Shown here: piece after piece, positions 35,872 to 43,372 of the stretch
How positions within the stretch are numbered: the stretch's first letter is position 1
How the letters are laid out: each line of letters opens with the position of its first letter
Program-made: the position numbers and the translations under genes
Notes under the pieces: model-generated
Databases searched by the model: none
What the model saw: the letters and a program-made list of their open reading frames with translations, nothing else
Told to the model about the DNA's origin: nothing
Source of the DNA: Vitrella brassicaformis CCMP3155
Taxonomy: Eukaryota; Protista; Chromerida
Direction of reading: 5' to 3'
Assembly (NCBI GenBank): GCA_001179505.1
Contig: CDMY01000608.1
Span: 1 to 43,372, forward strand
DNA length: 43,372 bases

Positions 35872-36998
35872 TTTTTTCCCTATGTAGATGCATGAAACGG
35901 GCGACGAAGTTCGTCTAAGCATCAGTCCGTATCGAGCAAATGAAGCGAAACAATACATGCAGAAACAAAGGACAGCGCTCGTTGACTGCGAAAACATGTC
36001 GCACACTGCAAACAAGCGCGAGACATGCAACATGACACACACATTCAGAACCCAGGTCCAGCCAGCCACCTTACAGCCCCGCAGCGGGGCTGGTGTGTGG
36101 CCTGTATGGCCCGCGGCTGACGAAGTCCTCCGGAAACGCGCTGGCCCTCCGTGGCCCTCTGGCGGCCGCAGCGCATTGTGCACGACTCGCCACTTGGAAG
36201 CGTTGTGCTTCATCAGCTCGACGAACAGGAGCTGGCTCCAGTGGTTGACGATGCTCTCTCGGAAAGCTGTGTCCTCCTCCATGGGAATGGATGTGGGGCG
36301 GGGCTTTCGTTTGGCGAGCATCTTGAGAAAATCCATGGTCTTGTCTCCCCATCTGCCGAATGTCTCCGCAGCGAGGGGCACGAAGCGGAAGCCGGCTGCT
36401 TGGGTGATTGGTCCATACTTGTCGATCTTGTCTTTCTCCGCAAGCTGAGCCGCCTTGCCACCTGGGAGCTGTGCACCACGCCGGTTGACTGTTCAGTGGA
36501 AGGGAATGGGGGAGTTGTCAGGGCGGCAGGGGTGGGCGACGGTGACGTCGAGCAGGTATTCACTGCCGTCGATCACACAATAGATGTCCATGCGCTGGTT
36601 GTTGGGATTGTCATCGGGCGGGGTGATGCCGAGGCTGTGCAGAGACACTTCCACATTGGAGGGAACATCTGCTTCAGCCAGGATGCGAACAAACAAGTTG
36701 CGCATGTTGTTGTGTCTCGTGACTCGCTCACGGCCCGTGTGACACACGGAATAGTGATCGCCAAACTTGTCCACCTCCCCGCCGCAGATGCATCGCTGCG
36801 AGACGGTTGCGTGCGGGAGGGCAATGCCGAGACACCCAGCGACGGCATGGCGATACTGGAAGTTGTTCAGTGTCTTGCTATCGCTGGAAGGGATTGCTGA
36901 CAGCCAACCAGACCAAAGAGGCCCTTGGCAGCTCAGAAGACGGGCGCGGGCTCTGCTGTCGGCGGGGAGGGAGTTGAAGAGCTCGTTGAAGCGGAACT
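35872..36998 (-). mobile_element. 5'-truncated CRE-like RLE non-LTR retrotransposon, copy 2, with poly(A) and 14-bp TSD
   Basis: TSD AGGGAGATACGTCT at 35858..35871 and 36999..37012; short A-tail (T-run 35871..35877). CICGGEVDKFGDHYSVC..RH; QRMDIYCVIDGSEYLLDVTVAHP; AEKDKIDKY; FVPLAAETFGRWG; one CGA>TGA stop. Confidence 0.93.
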
Positions 36999-37142
36999 AG
37001 GGAGATACGTCTCTCTCTCGCCCTGCCTGACCCTCTGTGACACACACACCTACCCATCTGCCTCAGGTCGCACACTGGCGAATATAATGAGGATCGCCAT
37101 TTAATTACATGTAACCTTGTTCTGCATTAATTGACATAGAAG

Positions 37143-39107
37143 ATGGCGTCCCAGCTTCTTGCGCCGATCTCTTTGCGCCAGTTTACTCCCAGTGGCGCCT
37201 CGCAGTGTTGTGGAACCTGTCAGCGCTGCTCGGTGCCTGTCCACGTGCCTGTCCACGTGCCTATCCGCACGGGTGGCTTTGACGACATTGAGAAGGCTGC
37301 AGCTGTGAGTCAGAAGCCGTACTCATCTGCCATCGTTTGGGTCGTCTGGGTCCTTATCGCTGTGCTCGGCTTATATCTTTCGTGGTACTTTCTGGTCGGC
37401 CCGTGGCTGCAACGCCGTAAGCAGCACCGCGCCAACCGGAGTGCGGCCCGCTTGATCGCTCAAGAAGCCGCTGAGAAGGGCAAGGGCAAGGGTCCTCAAG
37501 GCGACAAGGGACGCTCAGGGCACCCTTGCGTGCGGACACAGGCTCACACTCAGCCGCCAGGCACCATCCGTCAGCCTCTGATCGCCTCTGCTACTGGGAG
37601 AGCGAGAGAGCAGAGAGGGAGGAGGATCGAGAAGGCTGCAGCTGCACCTCAGCCAACCTCGGCAACCAGCCGCGAGGAGAAGGCAGCACCACCGCCATGT
37701 GTCGCCTCACGTACGAGCAGCACAGAGCGGTCTTCCATTGAGGACAGGCAGAGAGCAGTGCTTGCTCAGCTCAGGCGTGACCTGAGGGACACTGTGGCTA
37801 AGGAAGAGAGGTCAGCACTTTTCTGCAGTTGATGTATGGGGCCGGGAGGAGGGGTGGGCTCGTCGTGGCATTGCTCTCTGTGTGCCTGTCTGCAGTTTGG
37901 CGTCGTCTTATGCTGCCTCTGTAGAGAGCCATGCTCGCGCCACGCAGCGTGTGAATGAGCTCACCGAGGCCATCCAGCAGCTGAAAGAGCAGACCACCAC
38001 TCACAAGTGAGCATTTAATAGCAGAGCCACGCACAGCGGTGCCTAAGCACACGGTGTTCCTTCTCTGCTCTTTAGCTTGACTCGTGATGCCTTGATGGCT
38101 CTGGGCACCTCATCTGCCGTGCGCCACTTCGACGAGCGGATCAGCACAGAGGAGTGGCGGCTGGTCGGACTGATGGAGCGGCTAGATGACATGGACAAGA
38201 CAAGAGTACTACAGCAGCAACATAGTAGTGGTGGTCGCGATAGTTTGTGTGTGACGCAGCCGTCCTCTGCCAGTACGGAGGCACCTGCATCAGAGTGAGT
38301 CAGCGAGAGCAGTGGAGACCGTGTCAGGCATCACTACTCATTTGTGATTTTGTCAGGTCTGAGTTGGTTGGTGACGAGTTAGGTCTCACCGAGACTGAGC
38401 TGCGACGTGTGCTCAGATCGACAAACGACCATATCACACAGTGAGCCGACGAGACGTACGAGTGCATCCCCAGCTTGTATCTGTGTTGGTCGCCTAGGTT
38501 GGACCGAGATATAGCTCGTGTGCAGTCCCAGTGTGAGTCAATCCAGGAGCAAGTGAGGCGACTGGGAAAGGAAAAGGACGGCCTGTCCAAACAAGCAGCG
38601 ACGGGGTAAGGAACAAGACACACAGAGAGAAAGACGCCATCACCAACACGCTGCACCGCTCTGTCTATCAGGTTGACGGCTTATCGTGTGTCTCTCGTCA
38701 AGACCTGTGCTGACGTGGATGTCTTCAAGCGCGAGATAGAGATGGCCCTGCAGCAGCTGCGCGCACTCGGCAAGGAGACCAGCAAGCAGGAGGGAATCCT
38801 GCAGCAAATGGAGCAGACGGCGGCAGAGCAGGCCATGAGGGATGGCACTTGTGTCGCCTGTCTCGAGCGACCACCATCTGTGGTCTTCTTTCCCTGCAAG
38901 CAGCGGTGTCTGTGTGCCGGCTGCTGGGCCAAGATATCGCACAATCACGAGAGAGCCAAGCGCGAGGCGGAGCGGCTGAGGCAGGCGGGACGGGACGACA
39001 AGGCATGGCCGATGTACGTGAGACGCGATGCGGAACTGAGGTGTCCGGCGTGCCTCACAAAGGCCGTCTTTGCATGTGATGTGGAGGACATCAAGGCGAC
39101 CACGTGA
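37143..39107 (+). CDS. TM, coiled-coil and C-terminal RING finger (C3HC4_3-like) protein; putative E3 ligase, multi-exon
   Basis: TM SAIVWVVWVLIAVLGLYLSWYFLV; CVACLERPPSVVFFPCKQRCLCAGC...(long insert)...CPAC. Confidence 0.75.
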
Positions 39108-39662
39108 CGTACTGCATGACGGAGGAGAGATGGGTCTGGACGGCCAGGGGGTGGGGGGGCTAGTGCATACGCGAGAATTAGCTGACTCGTGACGGTGTTC
39201 GGTCGCATTTCACTTCACCATTTTATTATTAGCCAAGTACTCTGATTCGTACGTGTGTCACAGCGTGGAGCTTGGCCACCACATGAATGAATGAGAGGGG
39301 AGAGAACAGGGACTCGCCAGGGGGAGGAGGAAGGCTAGGTTGCCTGTGGCCTGTCTGTTTTGCTTGTTTGCCTGCCTAGCTCATGACTCAATCGCATTTG
39401 CAGAGTCCGGCACAAGACGTACACTGCTAGTCCGTGAATCGGCCAAGACATCGCTCTGACCGTTCGTCCTTCCCTTACGCATTAAGCCTACACGACACAG
39501 GCAGGCACGGCACACACATCGCTTGTCTGTCCCCCGTTAAATCGGATTTTTCTAGTCAGCGGCTGTGTGGGTTTGCTGCGGGTCAGTGTGCGTCAGTGTG
39601 CGTGAATGAATGAAATGAATGAATGGGGAGAGACATGCGGATGTCCTTTGATGTATCACCTT

Positions 39663-39731
39663 CCCAACGACACCTTCCGCTCGGGCGAGGCCCACCGGCT
39701 AAGAGGTGTCGTTGGGCGAAGCCCGAAGGGC
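39663..39731. other. Branched palindrome: 13-bp perfect stem with two internal mini-hairpins, followed by GAA-triloop hairpins
   Basis: CCCAACGACACCT (39663-75) / AGGTGTCGTTGGG (39704-16); GGGCGAAGCCC and GCCCGAAGGGC overlap downstream. Confidence 0.6.
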
Positions 39732-39941
39732 CAAACCGAATGAGTTTAGCCTGCAGAGCCTTTTGCCACAGTAATTTTCAAATATGGAGCTGACGACAAA
39801 GAGAACGGAAAGCGTCAAGGAGACTAACAAGGACATCCCATACATCCCTTAACATCCCTTGACTTTGCGATTTTTTGAATCACCTGCCTTTGAAAAGGGG
39901 GCGTTGGGGTTGGGGAGGCGAAAAGGTGAAGTAGATATATG

Positions 39942-40128
39942 AACGGGCGACGAAGTTCGCCTCAGCATCAGTTCGTATCAAGTAAGCAAAGGGAACCCAA
40001 TCATGCAAAGCCAATGAATAACGCTCATTGACTGCAAACAAATGCATGTTACACACTGCAAATACGCGTGAAACATGCATCACCATACACACACTCACAC
40101 AACTCAGATGCAGCCAGGTCCACTTACA
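39942..40128 (-). mobile_element. Older remnant of the retrotransposon 3' UTR
   Basis: Aligns with 35893..36065 (AACGGGCGACGAAGTTCG..AGCATCAGT..GTATC...TTGACTGC.AA...CACACTGCAAA...CAGGTCCA), clearly more diverged than copy 1 versus copy 2. Confidence 0.75.
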
Positions 40129-40669
40129 TGTTACTTCAAGTGTGAGATGGGACCGGTTCGCACCGGAGCAGTGTATAGGAGCGTTAGTTGCGCTCGTAAC
40201 CTATTGACTATTGAGCGCACGTATACGACTGCGCCATTGAGTGCCAGGCTGCATATCCCCATGCAGGGCTGGCCCCACATTACATGCATTGCGGCCTGCG
40301 GAGTTATCGATTAATTTTTCCACAAAGCGGATGGCATTGAGGCTGCGCAACGATTGGGGATCTCAATTCACCTTTGACATCACCACCTCAATCTGGTTGA
40401 TAAGATATTCACTCAATTCTTGACAACAACCACTGTCTGGACAGACAAGCACCTGGCTGACTGCAACAAAGACAGAGCAAAGACAGAGCAATGAAGAAGT
40501 CATTCGAAGTTTCAGGATGTCTTTGTGCCAATCTCGCGAGAACGCCAAGGGAAAGGCCGTCGCTCCCTCGCGCGCTGACAGACGCAGCACCACAGACGCT
40601 TTTGAGAATCGGTGAATGTCTGTCAGTTTGGATTACTGCTTCATGCCTCTGAAATAAAAAACAACCCAT

Positions 40670-40970
40670 ATGGGAAGCTCAACGAACGAACGAAGCCCTT
40701 TTCTCTTTCTCTTTCTTCTTCTTGTCGTGACTGACTGCTGTCCCTACAATGTAGACGCGGAGAAATCACTTCGCGGCCAGATGTATCCAAACATCATTTT
40801 TCATGGCCGACGATTTGGGCTACGGCGACCTTGGAAGCTTCGGCCAGCAAGACATCAAGACGCCGCATCTCGACAAGATGGCGGCGGAGGGAATGCGCTT
40901 CACCGACTTCTACGCGGGCTCGACGATCTGTTTGCCTTCTCGCTTCAGTGTGTGGACAGGCCAACACACG
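40670..40970 (+). pseudogene. Formylglycine-dependent (S1) arylsulfatase N-terminal fragment, frameshifted and truncated
   Basis: Hydrophobic leader then PNIIF; frameshift to [56 protein letters not shown] (C-x-P-S-R motif); homology then stops. Confidence 0.88.
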
Positions 40971-41009
40971 CCAACACACGGGCGAAAGCGACAGGCTTAC
41001 CAGTAGCTT

Positions 41010-42234
41010 TCGCCGCAATGGGCCCCCCTTCCCCTCTGATCCAATTCCTCCCATCACTTTCCCGAACATCGTCGCAATCTGCTTGCTCTGTGCGATCCAG
41101 TAGACTGAGAACACCCTCGTGGCCCTCCTCTTGCGTCTCCCGCAGAGATCGCTAGAGGGTAAGAACTCGACGGAGGTCAGCGGAGTAGCATCGTACTCCC
41201 CTCCGACGGCCACGAGATACATATCATCGATAGCCACGACTCCATGCGCTGCGCGAGGCTGATTTAGAAGCGGGCCCTCATACCAGCTCATCGTCTGGCA
41301 GGGTCATCTGCCTGCCACGACGTAGATGCCTTCATCGAAGACGGCGGCGCCGATATGCCCAAGGTGCACTGGTGGGCCATCCTCTCGTCCCACTCGTTGA
41401 TCGATGCATTGAACACCGTCATCGAAGGAAGCGGGACGTCAGTGCTGAGGTCTTTCCGCACGCCGTTATCTTCTATGCCACCAATCACGTAGACATGGCC
41501 GTCACGTGTGACCGCTGCTCCAGCCGCTCGTGTTGTAGGCATGTTCGGCAGCTCAGAAATGCTGTCACTCGTCATGTTATACAGCCAAGCGAGGGCAGTC
41601 GCATGGTCTCCCAACTAGCCATCAATCCCTTCATTACAGATACAGTACACTGCAGCAATTTTCTCTCTCTGCAGAAAGTGTTGGGTCACCTCCAAGGATG
41701 ACAATGCCGTCATTGGCCGGCGAGGGGTAAACACTTGCCATAACATGGTGTCGGCCTTCAGGCAGTGGAGAGAGGTCACTCCACTCCCTCGTGTCAGGAT
41801 CGAAGGCCCTGATCTGATCCATGGCCCGGCCTTCACTTCCGATGTATCCTGACCGATGAAAACCAAGAAATATAGTGTAGAAGGGCTCCTGAGTTCTCAC
41901 CTCCGACAGCATATATTTTTCCCTGGGCCGTCAATACCGCATGATCCCAGTGGTACGGATGCGCCATTGATGGCCCCCGTTGCCATGACCCTCCGGTGAT
42001 GTTGCACGGGACGGAGGGGAGGGCCTTGAGGTGAACAGGCTCGGACAAGCCGCTTATCTTGACAGCCCAGGACTCTGAAGCTCCATTGGCCGAGCACAAC
42101 TCAAGCCACCGATCCAAGTCGGTTCCTTGAAGCACGCGAGGGGCGGCGCCAACATACCAGGGAATCACAAATACCCTCACGACATGAGCAAGGAACTTAC
42201 CTATCAGAACAGCGAGAAGGAGTGTGACCATCAT
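41010..42234 (-). pseudogene. Signal-anchored Kelch-repeat protein with at least one frameshift/stop
   Basis: Kelch blades WQRGPSMAHPYHWDHAVLTAQGKIYAVGG, FDPDTREWSDLSPLPEGRHH..ILGG, LPNMPTTRAAGAAVTRDGHVYVIGG, YEGPLLNQPRAAHGVVAIDDMYLVAVGG; frame change near 41380 and stop near 41310. Confidence 0.75.
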
Positions 42235-42624
42235 TCCCGGAGAGGGCGGTTTCACAGACTACCCACTACCCACGTGCCCATCCAGCCGGTCAAACATCAA
42301 TGAGCTCGCAGATTTCCAGCATAAACCGCTGCTGCTCCAGCATAAATACGCGCAAATATTGATACACGTGAATATTGACGTCACCAAGAGATCTTGCCGG
42401 GGAGAGGCTGAATGCGTTAATCTGGCGAAGACAGCCCCTCCCTCCCTCTTTCCGGTGGATATTCACTCAATTGCAGAAGCAGCGTTGATAAATTCCATGC
42501 AACAGTTCACTCTCAATAAGCCTCAGAGGTCCTTTTTTTTATGATGGTAACGCCGAAGCTTTGAAACGCGTGGTAACGCCATTCCGAAACTTTGAAACGT
42601 CGCGACGTCAAAATCAGCTCAAAA

Positions 42625-42886
42625 ATGCGACCGGCGATAAGCTTATCCGCGTTCCTTATCCTCTTCGCTGTGGTGCTCCCCCTGGTAGGAGCACAGGGCA
42701 CAAGAGATGACGACGGAAGACAAATTAAGAGACAATGTGACGGGGAAGGGTGTGGAGCTCCGCCTCCCCCCAGGGTGCCTACGCCTGAGACTGGCTACTG
42801 CGACACTGAAGAATTCCCAGACTTGGGTCCTGCCACGGACCCGGCACGCGTTTGCACCCCAATCGACGATGACGATGACGATGACA

Positions 42887-42920
<34 letters not shown>

Positions 42921-43290
42921 TGACGACCGCCGCCGCCGGCGTCTCAGGGATAAGTCTGCCATGAAGCGACGCCTTCAGGATGACGACGACGATGATGACG
43001 ACGGTAAGGTCGGGAGGGGGGAGGGGGAGGAAGAGGGAGACACAAGAGTACAATTTCCCTGCTTTGTCCACCTTCTTTAGACGATGAAGACGGAAAACCG
43101 CTGCAAGAACGTTGTGAGAAAGCCCGTTGTTGTTTTACGGAGGAACCGGTTGACGGCGAGCAGTGCTTCTTCTCGAGTAAGGATAGAAGTCTGAGCCCCA
43201 AAGATGGCACATGTATGTGTTGCCATGTGCTACGTTGTGTCTCCTGTTGCAGAATGCCCATTGGGCGACGAGGGGCGCGAAGAGCAGCTG
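42625..43290 (+). CDS. Secreted protein with a poly-Asp-interrupted trefoil-like domain; continues beyond the window
   Basis: Signal peptide MRPAISLSAFLILFAVVLPLVGA; YCDTEEFPDLGPATDPARVC, poly-D, then exon 43081.. ERCEKARCCFTEEPVDGEQCFFS. Introns at 43004..43080 and after CFFS. Confidence 0.75.
42866..42925. repeat. (GAC/GAT)n coding microsatellite giving a poly-Asp tract
   Basis: About 20 consecutive Asp codons with one Asn; a second run near 42979..43002. Confidence 0.95.
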
Positions 43291-43372
43291 GTAAGACACG
43301 AAAGAATATAGCTGCAAGTGATTGATTGTGGTAGTGATATCTTTCTTTAGATGACCGATGCCTTGTTGAATC

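Noticed and set aside
36151-36900. 249-aa plus-strand ORF (and 16360..16860 minus)
   Set aside because: Antisense shadows of the GC-rich retrotransposon ORF.
39663-39731. Hammerhead, HDV or twister ribozyme call
   Set aside because: The CUGANGA/GAAA core is absent, and the nested HDV pseudoknot order and twister consensus could not be built on either strand.
42643-43071. ORFs with VIVIVI / TMTMTM repeats
   Set aside because: Alternative frames of the poly-Asp microsatellite.
1-43372. rRNA/tRNA genes, Fanzor/TnpB or prokaryotic defence systems
   Set aside because: No recognisable cloverleaf, rRNA signature or RuvC motif set was seen by eye; a tRNAscan/Infernal/HMM search would be needed to exclude them formally.

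Overview
This is intron-rich eukaryotic genomic DNA, not a prokaryotic window. It has short GT-AG introns full of GT/ACAG/TGAA microsatellites and PAN/Apple-domain secreted proteins. The style suggests a chromerid alveolate such as Vitrella (inference only). Left to right: (1) a decayed two-gene DNA-transposon-like segment with a Chapaev/Transib/RAG1-like transposase remnant, bracketed by ~180-bp direct repeats, with clustered palindromic GGTT(T/G)GAC motifs; (2) a nearly intronless ~10.5-kb cluster of mostly type-II-anchored glycan-modifying genes: a GT32, a GH130/GT91-like beta-propeller fused to GT32, two ExoV/GumL-like pyruvyltransferases and a truncated GT25; (3) 5'-truncated CRE-type non-LTR retrotransposon copies with restriction-like endonuclease, one with a 14-bp TSD and short poly(A); (4) secreted-protein genes: two trefoil-like paralogs, an intron-containing retaining-type GH97 glycosidase fused to a PAN/Apple domain, and a large Ig/PA14/IPT/sugar-dehydrogenase-like propeller protein ending in a near-identical PAN module; (5) pseudogenes of a PLOD-like glycosyltransferase, an arylsulfatase and a Kelch protein, plus a TM-coiled-coil-RING gene. 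All family calls come from motifs recognised by eye; no database search was run, and exon models of multi-exon genes are approximate.
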